Below are positions 20,591 through 32,464 of a stretch of 64,000 nucleotides of DNA, in pieces. The position numbers were made by a program, and so were the translations under genes. This DNA is from Candidatus Woesearchaeota archaeon (GTDB lineage: Archaea; Nanobdellota; Nanobdellia; Woesearchaeales; UBA583). Where the stretch lies: contig OZ242164.1 of NCBI GenBank assembly GCA_965205335.1, forward strand, positions 960,001 to 1,024,000, in the 5' to 3' direction. Below the pieces are notes generated by a model. The model made no database searches, had not been told where the DNA came from, and saw only the letters and a list, made by a program, of their open reading frames with translations. Within the stretch, counting starts at the first letter, position 1. Each line of letters starts with the position of its first letter.

Positions 20591-21997
20591 TTATCCAATG
20601 GAATTTTCCATTTCAAGTTCAATTAGTTTGTTTAGTTCAACTGCATATTCAAAGGGCAGTCTTTTAATAACTTCATTTGCAAATCCTGTTGCTATCATTT
20701 GTTTTGCCTGTTCTTCACTCATTCCTCTGCTCATTAAGTAAAATATTTCATCTTCTCCAATTTTTCCAACTTTTGCTTCATGAATTATCTGGGCATCTAA
20801 TCTACTGCATTCTATTATTGGATATGTATTGGATACTGAGTTGTTATCAACCATTAGAGCATCACATTCAACTGTTGAGATGGAATTTTCTGCCCATTTT
20901 CCTATTTTAACAAGCCCCCTATATGAAGAAATTCCTCCATCTTTTGAGATTGATTTGGATTTAATTATTGATTTTGTATTTTTTCCTAAATGAATTACTT
21001 TTGTTCCTGTGTCCTGTTCTTGGTTTTCACCACTAAATGCAATACCCATACTCTCTGACTGGGAGTTTTCCCCAATTAGAATTGAACAAGGGTAGAGCAT
21101 TGTTCTTGAACTTCCCATATTCCCGTTAAGCCATTCAATTTTTCCGTTTTTTGAAACTATTGCTCTTTTTGTGTTTAGGTTAAATGTATTTTTTGACCAG
21201 TTTTCAATGCTTGAGTAAATAACTTTTGCCCCTTCTCCTACATATATTTCAACGCATCCAGCGTGAAGAGAGTTTTCTGCATATCTTGGTGATGAGCAAC
21301 CTTCAATGTAGTGAACCTCTGAGTTTTTATCTGCAATAATTAGTGTGTGTTCAAATTGTCCTCCTCTCTGGGCGTTCATTCTAAAATAAGCTTGAAGTGG
21401 CATATCTATTTTAACTCCCTGCGGTATGTAAATGAAAGTTCCACCGCTCCAGACTGCCCCATGAAGCATTGCGAATTTATGATCTGAAATTGGAACGCAG
21501 TTTGTCATAAAATGCTTTTTTACAAGTTCTGGGAATTTATGCAAAGCACTGTCCATATCTTCAAAGATGATTCCTTTTTCTTCCCATTCTTTTTTAAGGT
21601 TATGATATACATTTCTTGAATCATATTGTCCGCCAACTCCCGCCAAGGCTTCTCTTTCTGCTTTACGGATTCCCAGTTTTTCAAATGTTTGCTTTATATC
21701 CTCTGGCACATCATCCCATGTTCTTGCTGATTCACTCTGTGGGTTAATGTAATAAATGATTTTATCTAAGTCTAATTTGGAAATGTCAGGACCCCAGTTT
21801 GGAATACTTGTTTTGTTGAATAATTCAAGCGCTTTTAGTCTTTTTTTGAGCATCCAATCTGGTTCATTTTTATCAGATGAAATCTTCCGGACAACTTCTT
21901 CTGTAATTCCTGGTTTTGCAATATATTTTGATTTGGAGTTTGGATTCGCATCATCATATCTGCTCCTGTCAATTTCAAAGTCTGAATTTATTTCCAT
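20591..21997 (-). CDS. sufB: Fe-S assembly protein SufB
   Basis: GQFEHTLI, YIEGCSSP, HEAKVGKI, YLMSRG. Confidence 0.96.
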   Translation of the reverse strand: MEINSDFEIDRSRYDDANPNSKSKYIAKPGITEEVVRKISSDKNEPDWMLKKRLKALELFNKTSIPNWGPDISKLDLDKIIYYINPQSESARTWDDVPEDIKQTFEKLGIRKAEREALAGVGGQYDSRNVYHNLKKEWEEKGIIFEDMDSALHKFPELVKKHFMTNCVPISDHKFAMLHGAVWSGGTFIYIPQGVKIDMPLQAYFRMNAQRGGQFEHTLIIADKNSEVHYIEGCSSPRYAENSLHAGCVEIYVGEGAKVIYSSIENWSKNTFNLNTKRAIVSKNGKIEWLNGNMGSSRTMLYPCSILIGENSQSESMGIAFSGENQEQDTGTKVIHLGKNTKSIIKSKSISKDGGISSYRGLVKIGKWAENSISTVECDALMVDNNSVSNTYPIIECSRLDAQIIHEAKVGKIGEDEIFYLMSRGMSEEQAKQMIATGFANEVIKRLPFEYAVELNKLIELEMENSIG

Positions 21998-22655
21998 AAT
22001 CTAATTACTAATAGTATGTTAGGGTTTATAAATTTAGACATTAACTATTAGTCAAGATATTGTGCCATTTCTATTGAGATGTCAATTAGATTGTTTATTT
22101 CTTTTGTAAGAAATTCTTCCCACTTCCTATTTCATATGTAAATAAACCAAGGTGAAAGAAATAATTTTTTGAGTTCTTGTTATGAAATCCTCAGAGTCGA
22201 TCTCTAATCTGCTGACTTATGTAGTTCCTTCTATCAATAATTTCGCTAAAGTTTATTTTTAAGTCTGCAATTCTTTGGGTGTTTTTGCAAATACTCATAT
22301 TATTCTTCAAGTTGGACACATTCTTTTCTTGCTTTTTCTATGTCTATTTTCCCCACAGGATTCCATAATTTAAAGTTATAGTTAAATAGGTTTTGTTTGG
22401 CTTTTTCTTCATCTTCCTGATTTGTTCCTTTAAAGAGCATAAAGAACATTTTCTATAATTTAAAATTGCACTTTGATTTGTTTTTTTTTCTTCATCTTCT
22501 GAGGCTTCAAAGGATTTTCAGGATTGTGTCATAGTTTTATAAATTCTTGATGATGCAATTGAATAACAAATCTTAACCCTAGTAAGATGTCTTAAATTTG
22601 TTGTTACTTCAGAGTTTGAGTTAATTTATTTATAGTTTTTAAATGCGAACCTTTC

Positions 22656-23255
22656 ATGGTTGAGAAAAATTTATTTAGAATTTTGTTTAGAGTTTTTGTC
22701 TTCTTTTTTGTTGTCTTGGGGGGAGCAACTCTCGTATTCGCGGATTCAAATGGAGTCTGGCATTATGCAGATGATATAAAGGGTGGTGTTTTAGGTGGTG
22801 ATGAAAGTTTTCAGGATTTTATTTTAAATAGTACATTAAGTTTGAAAGATTCTGGCAAGATAACGGATGTTCCAACTCCGATAAATGGAAGTGATGCAGT
22901 TAATAAAGCTTACGTTGATGTCCAACTTGGAGGAGGTAGCTGTAGTAAAGAAGTTTGTACTTGGGCAAGAGGTAGAGTTTGTCCTCCTAACTGGATGAAG
23001 TTGGATTCAGGGGAACTTCTTTCAGATGGATTTAGATTAGATCCTAATTTTAATAGTAGTGATGATGATAAAATGGGATCTTTTTGCTGTAGAAGTTTTT
23101 CTTCTTTCCCTGCTGGTGGTGAAGTATGCGGTTCGGGTAAAGACATTTGTATTGTTGGAAATTTTTATAACTCATCTTCTAATTCAACTCATTATAATTG
23201 GTATTGCAGTGGTGTTAATGGTGGAAATGATACTATGTGCAGTAAAATTAAATGA
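22656..23255 (+). CDS. Secreted Cys-rich surface/adhesin-like protein
   Basis: Signal peptide; ITDVPTP...DAVNKAYVD neck-like motif; Cys-rich C-terminus. Confidence 0.6.
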   Translation: MVEKNLFRILFRVFVFFFVVLGGATLVFADSNGVWHYADDIKGGVLGGDESFQDFILNSTLSLKDSGKITDVPTPINGSDAVNKAYVDVQLGGGSCSKEVCTWARGRVCPPNWMKLDSGELLSDGFRLDPNFNSSDDDKMGSFCCRSFSSFPAGGEVCGSGKDICIVGNFYNSSSNSTHYNWYCSGVNGGNDTMCSKIK

Positions 23256-23274
23256 TACTATGTGCAGTAAAATT
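23225..23274 (+). repeat. 25-bp perfect tandem duplication
   Basis: AAATGATACTATGTGCAGTAAAATT twice. Confidence 0.95.
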
Positions 23275-23439
23275 AAATCTCCTTCTTCCCAATTTTCTCC
23301 AATAGAGTAATATGATATCGATCCTTAAATTATTCACAAATTAATAAAGAGAATATTCCTTTATTATTAATCTCTTCTTAAATCCGAGTCCTCTAATAAA
23401 TTCATCATAAGATATAAATAAATCCATATTGCAAGAAAA

Positions 23440-23802
23440 CTATTTTTTGAATAGAATTTCAAGTTTATTAGGATTCATTTTAACTTCTTTTATAATCTTG
23501 CTTGGACCTACAACAGTTAAACCGAGTCTATTTCCTACTAAGACTTTTAAAATATGCTTTTTCACTTTTTGAACAATTGTAGTTGATTCTTTCCCTTCAA
23601 GAAAAGCAATCTCAATTCCTGTAAATTTCCCTGACACATTTTCCAGTGCTTTCGCCATCAAATCTGTCTCCTCCTGTGGATTTAGTCTGCCCTCTATTAA
23701 GACAATATCTCCTTTCTTAACAATCCTAAGAATTTTATCTACTTTACTTGAAACATCTAAATCATCTAATAACTCATGTGATAATACTTGAACTCCCATT
23801 TT
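23440..23802 (-). CDS. DUF2073 (OapB-like) protein
   Basis: EGRLNPQEE...GIEI...GLTVVGP; directly downstream of the Era-like GTPase; start approximate. Confidence 0.75.
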   Translation of the reverse strand, partial: KMGVQVLSHELLDDLDVSSKVDKILRIVKKGDIVLIEGRLNPQEETDLMAKALENVSGKFTGIEIAFLEGKESTTIVQKVKKHILKVLVGNRLGLTVVGPSKIIKEVKMNPNKLEILFKK

Positions 23803-24424
23803 AATAAAACTCCTCAAAAATTACCTTATATAAATTATCAATTCCTTTTCCTGTTTTTGCACTGACCCCAACAACTTCATAGTCTGGAAAAACTAATTTG
23901 ATTTTGTCAATATTGGATTTTTTCATATCAGTTTTATTTGCAACAATTATTAATTTTTTATTCTTTGCAACTAAATTTCCAACAAGGGTAATATTCACCT
24001 GACTATAAGGGTTTAATCTGGAATCCAATACAACAAGCACAGCATCAACCCTATCAAGCCATTTTATACTCTCAATAACTCCTCTTGTTGCCTCTTTAGC
24101 TCTTTCCTTTGCATCTTTTTTCCGTATGCCCTTTTTAACAAAATCTTCAAAATCAATCTTAGTTGCGATACCTGGGGTGTCAATTAAATTAAAATTTATT
24201 GTTCTTCCTCCCTTTTTCATTTCAAGTTTTTCAACCTTTTGAATTTCCCTTGTCTCATGTTCAATTGCGGATTCAACAAAAACTGGTGCATCCTTGCCTA
24301 AAACATCTTTCAAGATTCTATTTGCAAGGGTACTTTTCCCTGCATTTGGGGGACCATACAAACCCAAACTAAGTTTCTTCTTTTTCATAAACATACTAAT
24401 AAATCTTGAAAAGAAATTTGCCAT
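23801..24424 (-). CDS. Era-like GTP-binding protein (OapA-like)
   Basis: GPPNAGKS, DTPG, NKTD, SAK motifs. Confidence 0.88.
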   Translation of the reverse strand: MANFFSRFISMFMKKKKLSLGLYGPPNAGKSTLANRILKDVLGKDAPVFVESAIEHETREIQKVEKLEMKKGGRTINFNLIDTPGIATKIDFEDFVKKGIRKKDAKERAKEATRGVIESIKWLDRVDAVLVVLDSRLNPYSQVNITLVGNLVAKNKKLIIVANKTDMKKSNIDKIKLVFPDYEVVGVSAKTGKGIDNLYKVIFEEFY

Positions 24425-24521
24425 GTATTATATCCTAAAAATTAGTTTAAAAAACTTTCCATTCATTATTAAAAGTTACAACAAAATTTCCATTAAAGTT
24501 ATAATATATTATTATAGGAAA

Positions 24522-24767
24522 TTAGGAATTAACAATTCTTTCGATTGATGTTATAGCATCCATAATTACATTTCTTGAGAAGGAGTCAATGTTTTGCATA
24601 TTTGAAATTGTTTCAAGTTTATCCTGAATTTTAAGCAAGTCATTGTTATCAGAAACATTTTTTAATTCTTCAATTACTTTTTCAAGTTCATCTCTAACTC
24701 TCAAAGGAGAATCAGAAACAAGCATTTCCAAACCTTCAACTAAGTCTTCTATCAAGTCTTCATCCAT
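24522..24767 (-). CDS. UPF0147-like protein
   Basis: Small acidic helical protein (SPLRVR...LETIS...NIDSFSRNVI); start assumed at MDEDL. Confidence 0.55.
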   Translation of the reverse strand: MDEDLIEDLVEGLEMLVSDSPLRVRDELEKVIEELKNVSDNNDLLKIQDKLETISNMQNIDSFSRNVIMDAITSIERIVNS

Positions 24768-24768
24768 T

Positions 24769-25002
24769 TTATATTTTGAGAGTTTTATCAATAACCTCCA
24801 AACTTTTTATTAGGGCGTTTGTTGCAATTTTCAAATCAAGAACTGAATTTGTATCAATTCTAACTGCAACTGCATCATTTTCTTTTGAAACATCAACAGT
24901 TATTTTTTTGGTTTTAAAGTCAAAATCTTCCTGAGATAATAAATTAAAATAAATATCATTATTCTCTTTTACATCTAATAAAAATTTGGAAGAAAATTTC
25001 AT
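24769..25002 (-). CDS. pcc1: KEOPS subunit Pcc1
   Basis: Follows rpl37ae-rpoP; IDTNSVLDLKIATNALIK pattern. Confidence 0.7.
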   Translation of the reverse strand: MKFSSKFLLDVKENNDIYFNLLSQEDFDFKTKKITVDVSKENDAVAVRIDTNSVLDLKIATNALIKSLEVIDKTLKI

Positions 25003-25145
25003 CTGGCTTTAATTGGGTCTAAAATTCTGTTTTGTTTTTTAGATAGAACTTTTGAGGAACAAAAAGGACATCTAATCTTTCGTTCAACTAGTTTACCATT
25101 AACTGTTTTTCCACATTCTGAGTTTGCGCAAATATAATCTACCAT
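24999..25145 (-). CDS. rpoP: RNA polymerase subunit P (Rpo12)
   Basis: Manual translation MVDYICANSECGK...IRCPFCSSKVLSK...IKAR (48 aa). Confidence 0.88.
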   Translation of the reverse strand: MVDYICANSECGKTVNGKLVERKIRCPFCSSKVLSKKQNRILDPIKAR

Positions 25146-25148
25146 TTT

Positions 25149-25358
25149 TTAATACGGTCTGTAAGCTTTACCCACAAATACTTTCTCACAGGCATGGCAT
25201 TTCCATATCCCATAAGCCATTCTTCTAACTTTTGCTTCTTTTGAACAAAAAGGGCATTTGTGCTTAGATCTTGAAGATTTTTCTATGTCTAATACTTTTT
25301 TCCTCAGAGTGTTTCCATATCTTACTCCAAATCTTTTAGAACTGCCTATCTCCTTCAT
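25149..25358 (-). CDS. rpl37ae: 50S ribosomal protein L37ae
   Basis: RFGVRYG, CPFC, GIWKCHAC. Confidence 0.96.
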   Translation of the reverse strand: MKEIGSSKRFGVRYGNTLRKKVLDIEKSSRSKHKCPFCSKEAKVRRMAYGIWKCHACEKVFVGKAYRPY

Positions 25359-25699
25359 CTTAATATTACAAATAATGCTATTTTCTTTATAAAGATTATG
25401 GAATTTTAAATTTTTTCTATGTTCTTTTCTTGCTTTGTTTTTGTCTAAGCTTTATCTTCTTAATTTGTTATATGTATTTCTAATAGAAATATTAAACTAT
25501 TTTTGCTTTTGGTCTTAGTTAGTAATTTTTTATTATGGGGTAAATTTTATAAAGGGGATTGTGTTATTTATATTTACTTGTGAGCAATCATCCTTTGTGA
25601 TGTTTGTGATAGACGAAATAGACAACGCATACTATTGTATGTACAAAACTCTAGGCAAAAATGATTAAAGATTTGAATAATTTAGATCTTTGACTAAGA

Positions 25700-27150
<1,451 letters not shown>

Positions 27151-27211
27151 TTTTATAATAAAAACAAAAATACTAATACTTCTTTCTCAGGGATTAGATA
27201 TATTCTATAAA

Positions 27212-27634
27212 ATGAATGAACTAAAAACAAAGAAAAATTCCACAAGCGTAATTAAGTTTATAGATAATATAAAAAATAAACAGAGAAGAGAGGATTCTAA
27301 AAAACTTCTTGAGATATTTAAAGAAGTAACTAATATGAAACCATCTATGTGGGGAACAAGCATTATTGGTTTTGGAGAGTACCATTATAAAAGTAAAAGT
27401 GGATGGGAAGGGGATTGGCCAATTACTGGTTTTTCTCCAAGAAAGCAGAATTTATCAATTTATATAATGAATGGGTTTAGTGAATATTAAAATTTATTGA
27501 AAGAAATTGGAAAACATAAAACTGGTTCATCATGTCTTTATATAAATAAATTATCTGATATTAATGTTAGTATATTAAAGAAAATAATTAAACATTCTAT
27601 TAAAACTATGAAGAAAATATATAACGTCAAATGA
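27212..27634 (+). pseudogene. DUF1801 family pseudogene
   Basis: MWGTSIIGFGEYHY...GFSPRK; in-frame TAA at 27488, then LLKEIGKHKTGSSCLYINKL continues. Confidence 0.82.
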
Positions 27635-27781
27635 ATTAATCTTGTATATAATCTTACTCTTCTAAATTAAAGATTTAGTTTATTATCATTGGTATCTTTA
27701 ACACATTCAATTCTGCAATAGAGAATAAAAAAATTTAAATATAACAGACAAAAGAAACAAAGTATCCTTATATATATCAAA

Positions 27782-28162
27782 ATGGATGAAGACTTAATAG
27801 AAGAAGAAAGGGAAAGAAAAGAACTGTTTATACAGAAAGTTGATAAAGCAATAGAAGAAGAAAAAGAAAAGAGAGAACTATTTACATGGCAGGGGGTATC
27901 TATTGTTTCTATTTTGCTTTGGTATGTTTACTATTTTATTGCCCCACATTTAAGTGTTCTTTTCAATATAGGCAAAACAGGTATCTGGATTGTTATGGCT
28001 TTTATATTCTTTGCGGGCACAGCCTTATATAAACTCATTACAAAAATAATAAGGAAAGATACAAGTTTAAAAGCAGAAAAGAAAATAACAGTCATACTTT
28101 TATGTTTCGCCATTTGTTTTTGGGTTTTTGTGTGGGTTGGAGTAATTTCTCCACACAATTAA
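27782..28162 (+). CDS. Hypothetical membrane protein
   Basis: Charged N-terminus followed by three TM segments. Confidence 0.6.
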   Translation: MDEDLIEEERERKELFIQKVDKAIEEEKEKRELFTWQGVSIVSILLWYVYYFIAPHLSVLFNIGKTGIWIVMAFIFFAGTALYKLITKIIRKDTSLKAEKKITVILLCFAICFWVFVWVGVISPHN

Positions 28163-28360
28163 ATTTTTAAGAATTTAATATAGATGGGAATAGTAACTAA
28201 TCCAGATGCAATAGTTGATATTTATTAAAAATAGCTCTATTGAATACTGGCCAGTCAAATACTTTTACTGTGCCAGATATGTCTTCATAATTTTTTCCTT
28301 TTTTAGTGTTTCTTTTTTTGTGGAATAATATTGTAACAAAAATTCTTTATATAAAAGGAA

Positions 28361-28444
28361 CGGCAACACTGGGATTTGAACCCAGACGACTATAAAGTCC
28401 TACCTTTCCAGGGTAGTGGAATAACCAGATTATCCGATATTGCC
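28361..28444 (-). tRNA. tRNA-Ser(GGA)
   Basis: Anticodon arm CTACC-CTGGAAA-GGTAG; long variable arm. Confidence 0.92.
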
Positions 28445-29172
28445 TCAAATAATTATTTGTAATAAGATAGATAATATGTGAAATATTTATAATAACTATG
28501 AAATGAAATTCTATTTATATAGTTTGCTAATCGTTTTTTATTGTGCAGTAAAGTAGCATATGCTACCAATCAATTTTATTGAAGACTTCAGCAGGAGTTT
28601 TCTGATGAAGGCTTAAATGAGGTCTAAATTGATTGTAATTAAAACGAAATAACTCTAAATCATTATTATAAAAAGAACATTCACTTTTAATAGTACCAAA
28701 AAGTCTTTCGACTTTTCCATTCGTTTGAGGTCTTTTGATCTTTGTACGAATGTGTTTAAGATTTCTTCTTCTACACCAAACATCAAACTTTGAATACTTT
28801 GATTTCCCGCCATAGGGACTTCCATTATCACTAATTATCTGTTTGGGAGTTCCAAACTGGGAAATTAAAGTATCTAAGAACTGCGTAACTACAAATGTGG
28901 TGACTGTTGGAACATGTAAAATACCTAAGCAGTAACGTGAACAGTCATCAATTACTGCAATTACTTTACCTGATTCACCAAACTCACTATCGTCAATATG
29001 CCATAGGGAGTTTGGATTTTCACGTTCGAAACGAACGTATTTAGCTCTTTGCCCACGATTATGTTCTTTACGAGTTAAACCATTACGTTTTAGAACTTTA
29101 TTGATTGTAGTATGAGATAATTGAACAGATTTAATCTTTTGCTTTAGCTTTAGTGCTCCCCAACCAGTTTTA

Positions 29173-30156
29173 TGTGTTGTCCTAATTCTTTTTCCCACTT
29201 TTATTACCTCCAATCATTTTTATAAACCTACCTAATGTCCATGGCATTAATTCACGCCAGAACACTTGTTCAGGCGTATCAAAATCCAAGCTACCATGCG
29301 GTCTATGATTATACCAGTCCATAAATTCATTAAATGTGTTGAATTTCTGTCTATGAAGTTCATAGGTATGATTCCACTTCTCAAACTTACCATTGGTTTG
29401 AGGGTGTTTATATCTACATTTTGAATGTGTAATTCCTAACCTGGCAAGGACTCTTTGGAACTCAGATATGCCCTGCTGTTTACCCTCTTGCTTATTTGCA
29501 TAAAACTGACTGCCTCTATCAGTCAAACAAATATCAATTGGTCTTATATTCAAATACGTTTTGTAAGCTTGTTTGATCAACCCAATATTGTGTTTTGCTT
29601 CTTGTTTTTTGAACTCGCCTCCACAAAGGATTTTCCTTGATTTATCATCTAAGACCGCACACATCCACATTTGCAAATGTGAATTATAGTGCCAATCCAT
29701 ATGAACCATATCTAAAGACCATGGTTTTTCATAACGAATCCATGGCTTTCTTCTCTTTTGCTTTTTAGGATTGGCAGTTGCTTTATTATTTGCAAGTAAC
29801 ACAATATGAACATAGTTATTTGCAATTTTAAAGTTTTCTTTCTTACGCAGATATTGAGAAATGTAATTTGCTCCAAACCCTAGTTTTGAATGCAAAGAAA
29901 GAATTCTTCTTTCTAAACTTCTAGGATAGACTCTTTTTGGTTTCATGCCATTCTTCTGCAAAACAGGAAGTAACCCTGTTTTCTTAAATTCTAAGAAAAG
30001 TTGATTAACTCTTCTTTTACTAATATTGAACTGCTTAGCAATAAAAACAGATGAAACACCTTTATTCTTACGCTTAATTATCTTTTCAATGTCCAAAGCA
30101 TTTAGTTTCATAAAAGACTCAATTTCCAAAGTGGGAAATTTTTTGCGGACAACACA
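29173..30156 (-). mobile_element. Nested IS481-family element (different transposase)
   Basis: TIR TGTGTTGTCC-N9-TTCCCACTTT; 15-bp TSD CCCCAACCAGTTTTA at 29158-29172 and 30157-30171. Confidence 0.93.
29182..30111 (-). CDS. IS481-family DDE transposase
   Basis: VHMDW, LDDKSR, TDRGSQF, HPQTNGKFE; start MKLNALD lies inside the element. Confidence 0.9.
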   Translation of the reverse strand: MKLNALDIEKIIKRKNKGVSSVFIAKQFNISKRRVNQLFLEFKKTGLLPVLQKNGMKPKRVYPRSLERRILSLHSKLGFGANYISQYLRKKENFKIANNYVHIVLLANNKATANPKKQKRRKPWIRYEKPWSLDMVHMDWHYNSHLQMWMCAVLDDKSRKILCGGEFKKQEAKHNIGLIKQAYKTYLNIRPIDICLTDRGSQFYANKQEGKQQGISEFQRVLARLGITHSKCRYKHPQTNGKFEKWNHTYELHRQKFNTFNEFMDWYNHRPHGSLDFDTPEQVFWRELMPWTLGRFIKMIGGNKSGKKN

Positions 30157-30553
30157 CCCCAACCAGTTTTATTACGTAACTCAATTATCTCTTTTTCAGC
30201 TTCTTGAGTTACTTTGTAATAAACTTTATTAGGGATTTTAGATTTGTCTTGAAAATTCCAAATTCCATCATTAAATCGTTTATACCAACGCTTTAATGTT
30301 GAAATATGAAAAGTTCTACTGAACTTTTTCTCTAAAAGTATTTGACATTTAGAGTACGAATACTTACATTTTAACTTTATGAATTCACGGCGTAAATGTT
30401 CTTTTTTCATAAAAATTAGAAAAATTCTAATTTTATATGGTAGCATATGCTACTTTACTGCACAGGAAATTAACATGAGAGAGAGGAAATAAATTAACTA
30501 TTGAACCACTTGAATAATAATAATAATATTTTATCATAAAATACTCCATTAAC

Positions 30554-30901
30554 TTAAAAACTATCATTTGTATTCTTTAATTCTAAATCTTTTAATAATT
30601 TTATATATTTAGCTGCTGTACTGTTTTGTTTATTTCTTATTTGTGTTGGTGATAATGTTTTTGTAAATCTTAGTCTTGTTGGTCATACTATCCCTCTTGT
30701 AAAATTTAATGTAGTTAAAATATCTTTTCTCATTGTTTCAAATTCTTTTTTATTATTTATATTTTTACTTGTCATAATTTCTGGAAAAACTTGATACAAT
30801 ATTTTACCAATTTGAGAACAAAATCTTCTATTAGCATTTCCTTCATGTACTTGAATATTATAATTTATCTCACATAATTTCCCATAAGTATAATTATCCA
30901 T
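30554..30901 (-). pseudogene. Hypothetical protein with probable internal stop
   Basis: 72-aa ORF ends at TGA 30683-30685 and the same frame stays open for 42 more codons. Confidence 0.35.
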
Positions 30902-30992
30902 TTTTATTATATAAATTTATATACCTAAACTTTTAAATATTTATCTTTTATCAGTTCATTCGTACCCCTCTAACTTAACAACTCATCGAAAG

Positions 30993-31120
30993 GGCTCTGT
31001 CCGGAAATTCAAGAGAACTTAAAATGTTATATAAATAAAGCAACTTTTGACGAATAATTTTTTTCTTTGATTGAATATAGTTAGCATAAATTTTGGAAAA
31101 AGCAATTTTCGGACAGAGCT
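30993..31120 (+). mobile_element. 128-bp MITE copy 3
   Basis: TIRs with minor mismatches; 8-bp TSD ATCGAAAG. Confidence 0.95.
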
Positions 31121-31167
31121 ATCGAAAGGATACTTTTATAAACCAAATGAAATTATTTTTAGGTATT

Positions 31168-31392
31168 ATGAAATCAGATAGACCGTTTGACAGTCTTATG
31201 GAAAGTATAGGTAAAGAGGTGTCAGTTAAATTAAAGGACGGACTTTTGTATACTGGTAAATTGGTTTCTTTTGATATGCACCTAAATATTGTTTTAGAGG
31301 ATGTTTGCGAGAACTCAGAGAATATTAATGAGAAGGTTTTAATCAGAGGAGATATGATTTCAACAATTAAACATAATAAATCTGATATGTAA
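31168..31392 (+). CDS. Sm/Lsm RNA-binding protein
   Basis: [19 protein letters not shown]; upstream of L37e. Confidence 0.93.
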   Translation: MKSDRPFDSLMESIGKEVSVKLKDGLLYTGKLVSFDMHLNIVLEDVCENSENINEKVLIRGDMISTIKHNKSDM

Positions 31393-31393
31393 A

Positions 31394-31561
31394 ATGAAAG
31401 GAACACCAAGTATGGGGAAGAAGAGCAAGGGGAAGTTGCACATAATGTGTAGAAGGTGTGGAAGTAGATCATATCATATGAAAAAAGGAGTTTGCTCATC
31501 GTGTGGTTATGGAAAATCTTCAAGGCTTAGAAAGTATAGGGCTGGCAAAAAAGAATGTTGA
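31394..31561 (+). CDS. rpl37e: 50S ribosomal protein L37e
   Basis: Manual translation [10 protein letters not shown]...HIMCRRCG...CSSCGYG. Confidence 0.95.
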   Translation: MKGTPSMGKKSKGKLHIMCRRCGSRSYHMKKGVCSSCGYGKSSRLRKYRAGKKEC

Positions 31562-31565
31562 ATTT

Positions 31566-32336
31566 TTAGATTTTGGGTTGTTTTATTTGAGAGATGACTT
31601 TTAGGAGTTTTTCTTTAAAATCATTAATGTTGTTTTTTGTTTTTTGTTTTTTTCCGCTTAGATATTGGTATCGCCCGAATTCAATTTGAATAACTTCTCT
31701 TTTAGGTTTGTTTATTCCATATTTTTGAGTTACATATCCGCCTTTGTGTGGTTTGTTTAGAGATGGCTTGATTTTAAATTCTTTTTCAAAAATCTTCGCT
31801 AAATGGTTAAGGGTTGCTTTTGATGATGATTTGTTACCATAGTTTCCAAGGTTAATTTCTGGAAAGTTTTCTTTTCTTTTTGTGTCACCTTTTTTATTTG
31901 GGGATAGTAAGTAATTTCTTGTATCGTGTATGTCTAAGATTAAGATTTTTTCGTATTTTTTTTCTATCAGAGATATTTTTTTTTCAATTTGTTTGTGGTA
32001 TTTGTCATAGTACTTTTTTGTTAGATAGTTTTTTAATAGGGCAGGGAAATCAATCTTCCAGATTTTTACTGAGTTAAAGTCGTATTTTCTAAATGATTCT
32101 TTTGAATTCCTTTCTCTGTTAGGATCGCCTAAGGCTCTTGAGAAGTTGCAGATTATTATCTGGTTTTTTGGGATTTTTTCAGATAATAGTTTGCTTGTTC
32201 CAAAGTCTGAATAGTTTTTTAGAAGTCTGTAATTGTTTTTTTTAAATTGGGAACTTAGAAGTATTTTTAGATAGGATGGTATGTAGTAACTTCCATGAGT
32301 TACTAGTATTAAAATGTTTTTTGGAACGGTCTCCAT
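31566..32336 (-). CDS. N-formylglutamate amidohydrolase family protein
   Basis: THG, SD, SR..DPNR, YY..YH, LDIH, GGYVT, IQIEF motifs. Confidence 0.8.
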   Translation of the reverse strand: METVPKNILILVTHGSYYIPSYLKILLSSQFKKNNYRLLKNYSDFGTSKLLSEKIPKNQIIICNFSRALGDPNRERNSKESFRKYDFNSVKIWKIDFPALLKNYLTKKYYDKYHKQIEKKISLIEKKYEKILILDIHDTRNYLLSPNKKGDTKRKENFPEINLGNYGNKSSSKATLNHLAKIFEKEFKIKPSLNKPHKGGYVTQKYGINKPKREVIQIEFGRYQYLSGKKQKTKNNINDFKEKLLKVISQIKQPKI

Positions 32337-32464
32337 AATTTATCTAAATGTGAGATGTTTATATATTTTTTCCCTTTTTTCTATGGGTTTAGATGGAAGA
32401 AGTGATTTTTTAGAACTTATTATATATTTTAATGAAGTATATTATGTGGTATGAATTATCTTAA

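Larger units (their letters stand above)
28542..30464 (-). mobile_element. IS481-family element, copy B (near-identical to copy A), interrupted by a nested IS
   Basis: Perfect TIR TGTGCAGTAAAGTAGCATATGCTACCA; transposase halves 28563-29172 and 30157-30410; no flanking TSD. Confidence 0.92.

Noticed and set aside
31093-31167. Extended N-terminus of the Sm ORF starting inside the MITE
   Set aside because: The TTG start lies upstream of the TATA box; ATG 31168 fits the promoter spacing and family length.
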